A DNA stretch of 64,000 bases from Octopus bimaculoides (lineage: Eukaryota), in the NCBI RefSeq assembly GCF_001194135.2, contig NC_068983.1:136247099-136311098 (forward strand). Direction: 5' to 3'. This document shows positions 37,513 through 51,189 of this stretch, piece after piece. The notes beneath the pieces are model-generated. The model was not told the origin of the DNA and did not search any database. It saw only the letters and a list, made by a program, of their open reading frames with translations. The position numbers and the translations under genes were made by a program. Each line of letters starts with the position of its first letter. Position 1 is the stretch's first letter.

Positions 37513-40500
37513 GTCCAGTTACAAAGAAAGCTGTCAAAACTATAAATAAATGAAAGTAACCTTCTTTATGAAGATAATGTTGTTTGTTTTTTTACTCAGC
37601 CAAAGTCTGCTTATAGCAGGAGATGGGTAGAATTGAGTGATTTGATTCTGGTATAATACTGGTAATTACTCAATAAAAGAATAAGTAAAAAGCAAGGTTA
37701 ACCATTGAGAAATTTGAACCTAGAAATCAAAATGGCTATTGATCTCCTCCTCTGATTAACTTACAAAAAATAATTTGTTAAAACAGAACAAAACAAAACG
37801 AATTTCTTTAATTAAAGAGACAACCAAAAAATTATATTGAGTTTACTGTTCAGAATATTTTCTGTGGCCAAACAAAGCAGCTTATTTTAAATAACCAGGC
37901 AACAAATTTTTCAATTAAATTTTTTTAATACCTGAAACATCAAATGTAAAACATTTTCATGGTGAAACCTTCAAGGGATTAAAATACACTTAGAGCCAGA
38001 AAAAATGCTGTGTTATAAATACATATGCAAAATATATTTACATTTTCTGTTGTGCGTAACTATGAATATTTATTTCAATAGCAAACAACTACTTGTATTT
38101 TAAAGTTCTATAAAAAAATAATTAATTGCATTTTAACTTAATGAAGCTACTCTAATTAGAGAATTTTTTTGCCTCTAATGTCCACAGGAATGTTCATATT
38201 TCCACAGTAACATAGTTTGAACATGTTTCCGTTAATTTTATATTATTTGTTAATTATTCTTAACAGTAAAACCAACTAATATCATGTTAAGCATTTCTTG
38301 GCTTAACAAACCATTTATAGTCAGTTAACAATATTTTTTATATTTTTCATTCAATAGAAATCACCTATTTTCATTCTATGTATACACTAGTGTAAATGAC
38401 TGTAGCTAACCTCCAACTGATTTTTAAGCTCACATATTTGCCAATGTAATAAATTCCTTTTAGATTTTTCCTACTTTAATACTTCAGATTTCACATTTTT
38501 ACTCTTGGTACATACATCATTCCTGTTATTTTGTGTGGGATAGAAAAGGGAAAAAATGAAAAGTTTGTGTCTAAAAAAGAGATTAAAAGTAAAGATTCCA
38601 TAAAATTCATGCATGCATATAGTGCTAGTGATTATCTTTCATACTGTATTAAATAGATTGTTGTTTAGCTCTATGACAGACTTGAATGATCAAAAGCATT
38701 CCAGACTTATAGAAAACATTCTAATCCTGACCATCCTATTAAGACAGTATTTTAAAGGATTTAATGAGAAAGCTACCTTTTAAAATAATAGACATTGGAA
38801 ATATATGGAAAGAATTTTAACTTATAGTAAGTTACTTTTGGTTGAGTGGAAACTAAATATAGCTGTACATTGATATCTTTGACTCATTGCTTCACTGAGA
38901 AACATGTGACAGTAAAACCAATCATACTGCTAAGCTGATTACTCAATAAAACAAACTGACTAATCAGAACAATACTTCGATGTGCTAGATTATTAGTGAG
39001 AAACAATACAACCTGTGGAGGATCTGAAGGAATTTATTTTTGAAGTAGCAGAAGTTTGTTAAGATAAAAATAACGGAAGATAAATCAAACTGATGGGAAA
39101 ACAAGAGACAATTTTAAATGAAGTAACCCTTTTGACAAGGGTTTTCTATATGCTTGTATTTTTCTTAATAATATTAAGTAAGATGTTAAAAATTGTTTCT
39201 AGGAGAGGAATTATTATTGTGAAATTATTGTGATACTGTTTTTAAATCTTGCTATAGCCAGTGTTGTGTCCCTAGGTAATATACATTGATCTATTTGCTT
39301 CAGATTCCTTTCTTGAAAATAGATACCATTTTCACTTCACAGTTGAGTAAATATTCTGAAAAAGACAGCTATAAAAATATTTACTGCAATAATTTGCATG
39401 TAAATATATAAATTTATATATTCCTTTTACCCATGATGACATGAAAAAGTAAATGTAATAAAGAAACAATTTCATCTTACTATAAAATACACATTATTCA
39501 GAGATTATCTGTCTATAAAACAGAAAGTAAAATAGAAACAAACTTTTGGTGTCTTATATTCTGTAATAATCATTATGATATAGAAAACCTTCCTGTCATA
39601 AAACAAGCCAAGGTATTAACAAGAAAAAAGGAACAAACTGAAAACCAGCTGTCAGTTAAGATTTCATTTTGCTTATCTCTAGAAAAAATTCCTTTTAAGG
39701 TTATTGGTAGAGTTTCTGATGTTTCTAGCATAAAAGCTTTGTATTTTAGCATGAAACCCTAAAGAGCTTTTTGTGAGTGCAAACCAGTAGAATGTTTTTT
39801 AAAGTTACACAGAATGAAAATAATTTGGATTTAGTAACTTCCTAATACCAGTGAAAATATACTGTATATCTCTGTATCAAATATATCTAAACACAAAGAG
39901 AGAATATAAAGATAGCATTGAAAAAATGGCTCAGTGTTGTTGTTTATGAAGAAACTACAGATTTCTATGAGAAATTTTAGAAAGACACAGTTTCAGTTTA
40001 TAAGTGCACTATGTTAGAAATATACCAATGTCATAAAATTCTGTGCTCTAACGGACATAAATAAAATATTGATTTTCTTACATAGGCACAAAACTATCAT
40101 TCACTGGGAAAGAAAATAAGATGGAGTTACATTTAATAGTCAATTTTATTGACGACACCTTCTTCAAAAAATTGAACTTGTGTTACAAAAAATAACTGTA
40201 CATAAATGTGTATAGTGACTGTAATCCAATGACATATATACAGAAACACACAAAGTTAACAGGAACTGTGCTCTCACCTCAATCTCCCATTTAAAAAAAT
40301 TCTGCAGACTATATGGAACAATGGAAATGAAAGTGAGCATTTACAAAATTTTATTATGTCACTACATTCATATAATAGTGGTGTTAAATGATGATTTCAT
40401 GGGAATCAAATCGGTTTTATTTGTACTTTAATTTGAGCAGCATCTACAAAAACAGGTCAGATAACTTATTTTGATTTCAATATGAAAAGATTCAAACTGA

Positions 40501-40844
40501 ATTGCAGTATCAATTGTTCGGCGTATTTAATTGTACAACTAAGGGTTGATACAATAAAATACCAGTCAATTACTGGGGATGATTTCATCAACTAACCACT
40601 TCCCTCAAATTTCTGACCATGTGGCTATTTTACAAATTATTATTATCATGTTTTCAACAGATTTTATTTTCTGCTGCCCCTCCAAATATATTTCCATGAT
40701 ATTAAGATGTTTATAACATTGTCTTTTGGGAATGTAAAGTTGTGATTGTATATACATCATTTGTAACTTAGTGTGAAATTTGGTTTCTGGTGTTATTTCA
40801 TCTGTTCAAGCCAAATATGTGCAATGCTGATGTGACATTTTATT

Positions 40845-41150
40845 CAATAGCTTGTGTTTTGTATGTGTTGTGTGCTTGGTGTTATGTGTTTTAATGTCAG
40901 AGGACAATTGTGTAGAGTTATGTGCTATATGGGCTGTTACATAAATAGTAATGACTGTGTAGAATATGAGTTGTTGGTGCTATAGTGGTATGTGTTGTGT
41001 TATTTATTAGGTGATGATTGTCCAGAGCAAGTATTGTGTTAAAATTTGTTGGTCATTGCACACAGTATGTGCTGTATGAATTATATTTTTCATTGGGTGG
41101 TTATTGTATAGGGTATGTGTTGTGTGCAGTGAGTGTACTTATTATTATTG
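40845..41150. repeat. Degenerate GT-rich minisatellite (units roughly 40-50 bp)
   Basis: Recurrent attgt..agagtatgtg(t/c)tgtgt motifs, e.g. gtatgtgttgtgt at ~40861, ~40989 and ~41114. Confidence 0.6.
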
Positions 41151-41210
41151 TTGCATTTTGATAAATAAATAGTTGAAATCAAGATGAAAGAGAAAGGTAA
41201 GATCACCTAC

Positions 41211-41251
41211 CGCCTGTACACAAACAGTGTTCCTTCAATAGATGTTCGTTC
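41211..41251 (-). CDS. Dcp1: Internal coding exon (probably exon 2) of mRNA-decapping enzyme subunit Dcp1, EVH1 domain
   Basis: Minus strand reads tttttttctttcactctcag|GAA CGA ACA TCT ATT GAA GGA ACA CTG TTT GTG TAC AGG CG|gtaggt = ERTSIEGTLFVYR(R). This matches my recollection of human DCP1A W-EKTDIEGTLFVYRR-SASP. Strong acceptor, canonical donor, 41 nt, phase 0 to phase 2. It is missed by the ORF track because it is short. Confidence 0.88.
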
Positions 41252-42744
41252 CTGAGAGTGAAAGAAAAAAATTACATATAAATAATTGAGCCAAACATTA
41301 TGCGAATACTGTTATACTTCAAAATGGCAGTCAATGACCTGGAAACATGTTAGACATCAGAATTTGAAGCAGAGGAAATGGGCTTTTCATTAGATCCAAT
41401 TGAGAAATTTTGATTGATCTTATTTTTCTTATAGTATTTCTTAGTGATGTACATTTGGTGTGTGAGAAAATTATTCCCTGGAGTCACAGATTTACATAGT
41501 TCCTTGAAGAAATTTCATAAAATGCTATCCTCTTATATCTATCTATATACATTTCTACATTAATATGTAAATTATCTAGCTATATTCATGTTACATATAT
41601 TAATTTATATAAACTCTATAACTGGTATATTACCACAAATCTTCAGTGGCTTAGCTTGCTATGATTAACATGACTTCATAGCAATTCAATTTAATATTGC
41701 ATAGTAGAGATCTGGATTAGATATCATAGAATTTAAATGACTCTTATTATATTTAATGGATGAAACATTAAAAATCTACATAGAAAAATGATATACAATG
41801 AAGAAATGCAAAAGTATACAATGATTAATTTTTCATTTTCATGTCAAGTACATGAGACAACTACAGATATATTTCACCTTATCAACAAAGCTGTGATTAA
41901 ACAATTACTAAATAAATGTACAAAAATGTTATTAAATAAATGTACAAAAATTTATGTTAGTATAGGAAAATAGAACTATTTAGAAATTTCAAAGCATTAT
42001 AGTTTCAGTCTTTCTAGTTTCAGCTTGCTGAAATTAACTTGAGCATTTCACCTATTCACAGTTGACAAAATAAGTACCAGTAATATACTGGTTTAGCTTG
42101 TCAATTATACCCTGTCTTACAAAAATTGAACCCAGTGCTTAATCACAAGAACTAAGTGTTCTTAAGACATTGCACTTTCAAATGTTCTATATAATATTCT
42201 AATAAGTAATACATGCCTGTTTTTGTACCTGTTGACATTATGTTGGAGCACAAACAAATACAAAGATATAGTCACATGTTTTGTATGTGAGAATCAATCT
42301 CCTCTTTTGATTCACTGAATTAATCCAATTAATTATTAAGAAAATAAACACACAGACTGAAGGTTACTTCTATAAGACAATAACAAAGCAGAGAAATCTT
42401 GCTTTTTTATTTATAGAGTAAAACATTATCTACTGGAGATTGAAATTACTTCCTCAATGATAGTAATATTCCATTATTGGTTTAACTTAGGTTTGGTGCA
42501 GGGAGAATCTACAGAAGCTAGTAGCATAAGAGACAATCAAATAATGAATATGGTGAGAGATTTTGGTTTATGCATAATTGATTTTTGCCCTAATATACAA
42601 CCTGCTTTGCTACAACCATTTATAATTCTGATATGTGTGCAATATCAAAGTACCAATAGCTAGTGTATGTGCGTCTGTGTACATATTAGAGTATACAACT
42701 ACATATACTTAACAATAATAAATATTTAATTATGTTAAGGAAAG

Positions 42745-42935
42745 TAGTAATAATAGAACGCTGCACTAAATGCCTTATTTATTTGGGTATGTTTCTTCAA
42801 ATTTAGAGTTTGATTCCTATCAGTGTTGACTTAGCCACTCTTGGGCCAATAAAATAAGTTCTTGTAATATACTGTGGTTGATTCAATCATCTGCACTCTT
42901 TCCTACAAATCTGAGGCATTGCGCCAAGATTGGAA
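42745..42935 (+). mobile_element. Repeat family C SINE-like copy
   Basis: gagtttgattcc..gttgacttagcc..aataaaataagt..actgtggttgattcaatc..caaatctgaggc. Confidence 0.55.
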
Positions 42936-44490
42936 ATGAATCTCTAATTATATTAAATCAAACAATTCTATTAACAGATCATATTTCATTTATAAACGAA
43001 GATTTTCTTTTGTAATGTCTAAAAATTATTGAATTATTCATTCATATCTTAGTTTCCTCTATATTCACTCATTTGGAAACATTTTATGGATAAAGTCTAG
43101 ACCATTTAAGTGAAAGGCCAAACATAAAAGAATCAAATTCACTTTTACATGGATTATGGGTTTAGGACTCACTGTAAAGATCTCATTGTATTTTTTAACT
43201 GCTATTGTTGCAATCTACCTAGCCATAAAATCAACACCAATCCATCAAGACCTATGATTATTTTTTTCCTTTTTTGAAGCCAACATTCTAATTGGCTCAT
43301 ATATAAGTAAATGATATTTTAACTCCTACACAAAGAGTCTTGTTTGGAATATTAGTTTTCTTTTCAAGGTAAAATAATTTATTCCATTTTGTACTTGAAA
43401 TTTGCTGACCTAGACATCATTAGTTTGCTTGAATTCTACTATTTTTCTTTAATAATTGTTTACAAAAATTATCTTTCACAAAAAGGTAATTTTTGTAAAC
43501 ATATAAGTATGGAGGAGGCCTGAAACATTTTGCAAAACCTTAATCATCTTATTATAATATACTGAAGCATTATGTTATTACTGATTCAATCAGCTAACCA
43601 GTATTTACATGAATAATAATATTGAACACCGTTGAACATTATGAAATAGAGAAAGAGTGAACTAATATTCTATGAAACTCAGAATCTCAGCAATAGGAAT
43701 AATAGATAGTTTCTCTTTACATTAACCAGCCACCTTTCTTCAAAATATCTATATATCTGTCTGTCTTTAACAGTCTATCATCAAAACACTTACCCACCTC
43801 GCAATTTTTATTTATCTATTCATAGAAGTAATATGGTCAAATGGATAGACAATAAGATAATGGAGAGCCAGTTTGTTTATTGAATAGTTGTGCATGATAT
43901 TCAATTCACTTAGCTTCAAGAATAGATATCAGATCTCCTGGGGACGACTAATTGTATTAGACTTTCATCCTGTTTACAAGGACACTTATCTCTAATCAGT
44001 TTGTTAAAATGAAGTCTACATTGATCACCCAACAACCTATTCAGGATCATAGAATGTTTTAATTTTTATTTCATTCTAAACATTTTTGAAGAATAATCTA
44101 CTTCTCTTTCCATAAGGAAAAACTTGAATTAAAAAAAAAAAAAAAAAAAATTCTAAATGAAATATAACTAATTTCTATAAAGATATTGGTTTGGTTGTTG
44201 CTGAGTAAATCTAGTTAACAAAGCTTGAACAAATCTATAGTACAATAGTAGCAAATCAAAAACTAGGAATTGGATTTTAAGACATTTAATATCCAGCATA
44301 TTGATTTGGACTGGACTTCATCATCTAAAAGAAATGCTAGTGCAATGTTGTCATAGCTTGAAATATACAAACCCCATTAGGGAGTTTGTAAGGAGATCTG
44401 GTTGCCAAGCTGAAAAGATCCACTGATATTCCAAAAACTTCTTTATCAGCTTGAAAAGTTTTGGTTTTTAGTGGTGAATAAGTTAAATTA

Positions 44491-44855
44491 TTCTTTTATT
44501 CTTTTACTTGTTTCAGTTATTGCCGGGGTCACTGTCTTGAAGGATTTCATAGTTGATCAAATCAATCTTGGTACTTATTTTAAGTCTAGGATTTAATCTA
44601 TCAATCACATTTTTGCTGAACCACAAAGTTAGAGACATAAAAAATAAAAAAACATAGAAAAACACCGGTTGTTAATTGGTGAGAAACAAACATGCACACA
44701 CACACACACACACATGTGCACGCTGGGCTTTTGCACAATTTCTATCAACCAAATTCACTTAGAAAACATTATTCAACAACAGGGTATTGTAAAATGCATT
44801 TACCCAAGTAGGTTTGAATCTGGAACCATGTGCTTTTGAGGAAAATTTTTAATGA
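44491..44855 (+). mobile_element. Repeat family D SINE-like copy with internal (CA)n
   Basis: ttcttttacttgtttcagt..ttgaagga..aaatcaatc..ttttgctgaacc..(ca)n..ctgggctt..aaccaaattcact..acccaag..tggaaccatgtg. Related fragments near 13990-14070, 15860-16000 and 55095-55250. Confidence 0.6.
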
Positions 44856-47800
44856 GTGTTTTCAAAATTATTTTTAAAAATACATCAACAATGAATAAAT
44901 AATAATTTTAAGATACAGAATGAAATTTTTTCATGTTTGTAAAATGACATTATAAATTGTGCTGTTGTTGTGTACAAGCTATGTATTGTCCGTTAATAAG
45001 CAACTGAAAATATTAGTTGTTTAATTATATTAAACTATTGTGATATTTTAATGAAATGTGATATCTTTACTGTGACATTTTTACCAATCCAAATTTACAA
45101 CTTTTTCTTCTTTTAACTTTATGTTCATTCCCCAAAGATATGAGCAAACAATAAAAACAACTATGTATTGTGATTTGAATATCATTCAAACATAGAAATT
45201 AATATTTCAGTACATAAGAGCAATTAAATGATGGATATTGCAGCACCATTGAAAGCTTCATTTTTATGCTGTGCATCAAGGAACTCAACCATGTGGATAT
45301 GTGGATAAATATCACCAAGTTATGCTATGGTGATAGTTATTCACACAAGGATTTACATATTGAATTAAGTCTGCAAGCTAAAGAAACATTAATCAATTAC
45401 ACAGTATTCTTGTTTCTGCAATAGTAAGCTTACAATGTCTATTTTCAGCTAGGTGGATTAGGCCATTTGAGAGTTAAGTGCCTTTAAGTGCAGCAATGGA
45501 ATGGGATACGAGCCACTGAACCTTTGGCTGTAATTCTGACAGTAGACGGGGAAATAATACATCATCACAGATAAGTCTTAAACAACACATCACTTATATA
45601 AACATTTTATTTTCTATTCACACTGGCAAAACAGAAAATAAATAAAACAAATTATAACTTATTTTTATTCATTTATTATTCTTTTTGTGTATGAAAAATT
45701 TTGGAGGTATATTAAAATGCTGAATGTAATTAATATTAGCACTTGCTAGAATAGACATGCTAAAGAAAGAGAGATGTGTATTTATAGAAGCATTTTTACT
45801 TAAAAGAGGAGAAAACCAGATTTATAAATAAACATTCTCTCCTACATTACACAAACAGCAGCCAACATAATTATGTATATCTTAGAAGGGACTAGTTGAC
45901 AAGATTTAATTGGAGTAAAATGCCAGTAGATAATCATTTAATGCAAATATTACACTGCCACTGCTCCCTCTTCATTGTTATTTTGTTCTTGTTGTATGAC
46001 TGCTGTTAAGTTTTATAGCCATTCATTCAGCAGACTATAGATAACAGATACCTTAGTTAAATGTTGAGTACAGATAAACTCACATTCTGCCTTACTGGTG
46101 ATAGTAAATATATATAAGTACAGAAATAAAAAAGTAACCAGTTTGAATAGCATTCAATGCCAACATCAGAAGATGCTGGTTTTTGAATTAAGAAGCTGAT
46201 TTACCTGCTGCTTAAGAACCAATTTAGTTCACCTTTATATTTAAATTGTTCACCAAAGCAGTACAATGTGTTGATAAACTTTATGAACAGTGGAAAAAAA
46301 ATGAAAAGGTTCAGAGAAGGAAAAGAAAGAGACAAGAATAATAAAAAATATAAGGAGTTAAACATATCTTTCTTCCCTAAATGTTTTTTCTGAGAATTGA
46401 AATATATTGTTAGAGATTATAGAAGTAAAAGAAATTGTTATAATAAAAAGGAGAAAGGAAGAAAAAATTCCCAGATATTTAGAAATATCACAAACAGGAG
46501 TAGAAAACAAAGAAATAACATTTTTCCAGGTTGTAAACATGACAGAGAAATTTACTTATAACTACAAATACAATCTGATGAATTGGGTACTGGTGAAGCT
46601 TAGATGGTACAACGTTACTGGTGTCCAAAATAAAAAGCAGACCCAGTTTACCTCAAGACAGATTCTGACAGAAAAACCTTCAGGTTTTTACAAGTATTTT
46701 CTGTTTAAAACTCATACAGATTTAGTTATGGGGTACCTACAAGAGTGTAGTTTTGTTACCAAAGCTAAATATATATAATAAATAGATCAAGTGCCCACAA
46801 GTAAAAGATGTTCCTGAGATGATCTGCAATACTTAAACTTTAAAAGGTAATTTCAGCTGCTCTAAATTTAATGCAAACAACTGTTCCAATTCAGTTGGTT
46901 TGATCAAGAAAATGAAACTTTAATTTCAGTGTCTTCATCTTCAGGCAAAAGGTAAAAAATAGGTTTTAAAGCTTAGGGGGAATTATAGTTTATATACCAG
47001 GAATATGGAAGTGAATAGCAACTCCAAGTCTTTAGTATTGCAACCTTTCCTGGAAAAGTAGGAAAAATAACATCTAAATCTATCTAGCAGTGCAATCCAT
47101 GTTAATACATGGGCAAAAGTGGATCTAAAATTGTGAAATGATAAAGACAAAAACAATATTTTGACATATATAATGTAAGAAGTCTCCCTCCCACGCTTTC
47201 TATCTCCAAAAGCATAGCAGTTATAATAACAATACATCAGTTAGAGTAACTAAGTAAATTTTCTTTCCTTAAAAATATATTCATTTCATCAGTGCAGATA
47301 TTGTTTCTTGTAATGGTTAGGATGTGTAAGTAGAACTTTTGAAAGTGATGAAGATCAACACTAGCATCATTGTAAAATGAAAAAAAAAGAACAAAAGAAA
47401 TAATGATGAGAAGGGCAACGATAAAATGATGATATAAATGCAGACCATATGATGATTATCATGAAGATTGTCATGTCATCAATATCATCATAAGACATGT
47501 GAATCTAAATACGGACAGCATCAATGGTAACGATCATGATTATAAAGTTGATAATAATGAGGATACAATCAAGGGAAGTTCTGCTAACTAATTTATTGCC
47601 AACTGCTTTTTTTCTTTCCTCCTCTTTATCTGCCACATGTATCTAATTATATTTCTTTAACATATATCTAGCACAGTCTTACTCTACTTTGCCTTCTACC
47701 CACCATAACCCTTCAGGAGATTTTAATTCATTATTCACATTATTTATCAGCCATGTCAACTATCTGAAGTGATCTCCATCAAGCTTTAACCCTGTTTCAC

Positions 47801-48369
47801 TCATATACTCTATTTCACAAACATTTTGATTCGTACAAGAAAAGCAGCTTTGTGTTTTTGCACCAAATCTCCTCTCACCTATTTTTAGATGCTGACTGAG
47901 ATTAAATTTAAAATTGAATGGTTCTGATCTGATTTGATCTGAGCTGATTGGTTTGGTCTGACTAGTTGTTACTGTTACTATGAAAAGATCAATCTCATCA
48001 ACAGACTGCTGGATGGCTGGACAGATGGACAGCAGAATTAGCAGACCATACGAGTACACAATTGACAAGACTTTTTTTAGTATACCAGTTGAAAACTCAC
48101 CCAACCAACTTCGCTCACCATACAATGATCTGTTCTTGAATATGAGTAGCTGATATGCTGACATTTACTGATTTACAGTTCTGTGTCATTAATACCTTAA
48201 TTTTTTTCTGTTTTTTTTTTGTTTTTTTTTTCATCAATATCATTTAATTTCACTCTTATTGTTTGCTACAGCAAGGATCTCAATTTTTCCCATTGCTAAC
48301 TAGTAACAGTGTTTATTTTGTTCCCTTTGTGATAACCTTCCACTGACCAAGCAAACATACAGTGGTAAA

Positions 48370-49430
48370 TGATGGCAATTCACTTCAGTCTGACTAGAAA
48401 TTACATTATCATCATATTTGGTCTCCAAATCACCTGTCAAAACTTCCTGTCTATGGGCTTCATTTGTCTCCTTTTGTGCATTGGTAACTTACTGTCAAAG
48501 CACACTACACTATCATGGCCTGCACCCACTCACTATCAACTCTGGTGTGCCTCAGTCTATGGTTTTGTTCCCTAAACTCTTCTTTTTATACATAAACTAC
48601 TTACTTGCCATTACATCTCACCTTTTCCACTCAAGTGTCATCCACATGCAACCCTGACATCTCACACAGAATTTCTACCAATTCCATTAAAACAGACTTT
48701 GAAAGTATCCTTGAACGGAGTCATACCAACGTTGTCCCTTTCAACAGCAAAAATAAAAACTGCTCATGTCAAGAAAACATTGCTCTTTACCCTCTTTAAC
48801 CAGGAGCAACATGCGATGAGAGCCCTTATGATTACTCTGAATGCTACATCACTGAAGATTTTTTAAGGTGAATGCACATCATTAACATAACTAGAGACTA
48901 AACCTTCTCTTTAGGACAAGAAAATTTTTCAGCTACAACAATTACCGACTCTCTTCAAAGCTTAGGTGAGACCCACAGTAGATAGCGCTCCCACACTTAG
49001 AATGATACTGCTGCTGTACACATATTTCTTAGAACACATCAAAAGAGCAAACATTTGATTGATTGGCATAAAATCACTTGAAGATATACTGCAGCTTCTG
49101 GTTCACAGACATAACATAATATTTTTCCTGCTTTTTCTATGGCTTCCCTTTGGCTACTACAATGGCATCTGCTACTATGTGTCACTTCCATTCAGGTACT
49201 CTTGACTCACTCCATTTGTCACTTCCATTCAGGTACTCCTGACTCACTCATCTCTCCTCCTCTCATCATTAATGTTATGTCCAACCTACACCAGCCCAAC
49301 CAATTACTACACCCAGTCCATCCTTGCAAGACTGTCAACCCACAGAAATTCTTTTTCTGCTCATGTCTTTCCTGCAGGTGTTGACTCAAACAGTTAAAGC
49401 AGAACATTAACGTCACCAGCCATTTATCTC
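48370..49430 (+). mobile_element. Degenerate CR1/Jockey-group LINE, RT and 3' part
   Basis: Fragments LSKLPVYGLH, INSGVPQSMVLFPKLFFLYINYLL (cf. GVPQGSVLxPxLFLLFINDL) and KA*VRPTVD (cf. YKAQVRPxMEY). Frameshifted. Confidence 0.75.
49179..49250. repeat. ~38-bp tandem duplication inside the LINE remnant
   Basis: tgtcacttccattcaggtactc[t/c]tgactcactc x2. Confidence 0.85.
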
Positions 49431-50289
49431 AGAAGACCTGAAAAGGCCAATGGCACGACCCTTTCCACCAGATCAGCAAATGAAAAAAATAAATTAAAAG
49501 CTCGTGAGGAAATTAAAAAATTCCTTATCCATCTAGTCAAATCCTTAGATAAACCAGAAAAATTTCATAAATGGTTTAAATTGTTACATCACTGAAAGTT
49601 GCTCAATAGCTTGAGTGAATTTTAAAGTCATAGCTTAATTAAAGTTTCTTATGAGTCAAAGTATATAAGCAATGTTCTATTATTCCATTTACTAATCAGA
49701 TTTTAATCATAATAATAGAATTTTTTGGACAATTTTACAACAGAAGAAAGTGGTGAAAAATGTATCTTTCATATATTTACATTGAACAAAGAAAAACAAA
49801 CAAGAAACTTAGTGCTTTTCTAAATTTCCTTCCTTATAATCTCATTTACTAGTGAAAGAAAAGAGGAAGTCAATTCAAAACTAATTTTGATAATAAAGAA
49901 TCATTAATTAATTTTTTATGAATTAGCAGATGGAGAATTTTGCCAGTAGACTTTATTATTATATGCTGTCTGTTTTCAGTGAGTGATATCTGATGTTCAG
50001 ACAAAAGACAGCATCACAATGAAAATATAAAAAATAAGAAATAAATAAATAAAAAGACAAAAGATACTAAGTATTTCAGTCAAAGGAATGTATGACTATA
50101 TATAGTAAAAGAATAGCACATAAGAATTAACATTTCTCCAAAAACATGGTAAATAAATTAAGATGATATCAAACATTTTGAAAGAATACAACCTCAAAAT
50201 GATGATGATAGAATTGGTAGTAGTAATGATAATGATGATGATGGTGATGACATTAACTGGACACCAAAATTTATCAAGACTATCAGTTA

Positions 50290-50470
50290 CAGTTAGTTGT
50301 TGTTGACCCTAGGTTAGCCTTGGTTAAGCAAACCTATGATCAAAAACATCCCAGCAGATACCATTCCATTTCTTTTACACAGTGATTTGGATAACATTAT
50401 CTTAGGTATCCCTCTTTATAATAGTAGAATATGATTTCAAAGAGATTTGTTAGCTAATTCTAGGAAGGTG
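50290..50470 (+). mobile_element. Repeat family B SINE-like copy
   Basis: ttgaccctaggttagcc..aaacctatgatcaaaaacatccc..tgatttcaaagagatttgttagctaattctag. Confidence 0.65.
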
Positions 50471-51189
50471 AATGAATACATATAAGGTTCCATGGGTAGG
50501 GTTGGGCTAGTGAAATCAAATATAATGTTTAGGAAAAAATTTAAAATAATTTTTACTAATGTTTCTAATAAAAGAAATCAAATTCAAGAATTAGTAAGAC
50601 CTGAGATTACTGGGTTGGCATGTAAAATGGCAAATAAAATACATAAACCAGTTGAGGAAAAGGAAACAAAATCTGTTAATTGATTTATGCAAGCTCTAGC
50701 TGCTTAATTGTAAAAGAGAGGTAAAAAAAATATATCACTCGGAACCCAAAGAAAGTTGACAGTTCTACTTCAGATTTAAAAAAAACCACATTCAGAATGA
50801 TGCAAAATGTGGAATGGCAGACCTAGGTAAATGTATGTTGGCATAAGAAATAGATTTGTCATTGTTAATTATAATTTTCAAAATTAAGCAGTTGACCACT
50901 AAAATTTAAATACATGCAAAATATTTGTGTGTGTGTGTGTGTGCATGCATGTGCGCACACATATATGTACTAAGCTACCCTTGAGGCCACATACAATTGA
51001 TATATCATTTGCTCTTACCATATTATTCACCCCTATTATCATCCATCACACTCTCTCATCCCTTCAACTACAATTCTATTGTTCTTCTCAGCCACTTAGT
51101 TTTGAGAAAATGAGAATGGTGAGAGGCAACCCCTCTACTGTTGGTGCCATAAGTTTGTTAACAAGCAGAGATGTGAGGGTTTAGAGAAT

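Noticed and set aside
38516-38570. Minus-strand 55-nt exon-like segment
   Set aside because: Its body is itself a pyrimidine tract and shows no Dcp1 similarity.
46407-46778. 123-aa plus-strand ORF (MLEIIEVKE..)
   Set aside because: Purine/A-rich composition and no clear homology. A faint resemblance to a decayed DNA-transposon protein is too weak to call.
47760-48164. 134-aa minus-strand ORF with a hydrophobic stretch and a few cysteines
   Set aside because: No recognisable domain. It is partly built from low-complexity (gatct)/(gatg) sequence, and one ORF of this size is within chance for six frames of 64 kb. The GTGAGT donor at ~48090 lacks a good acceptor and its upstream peptide does not match Dcp1 exon 1.
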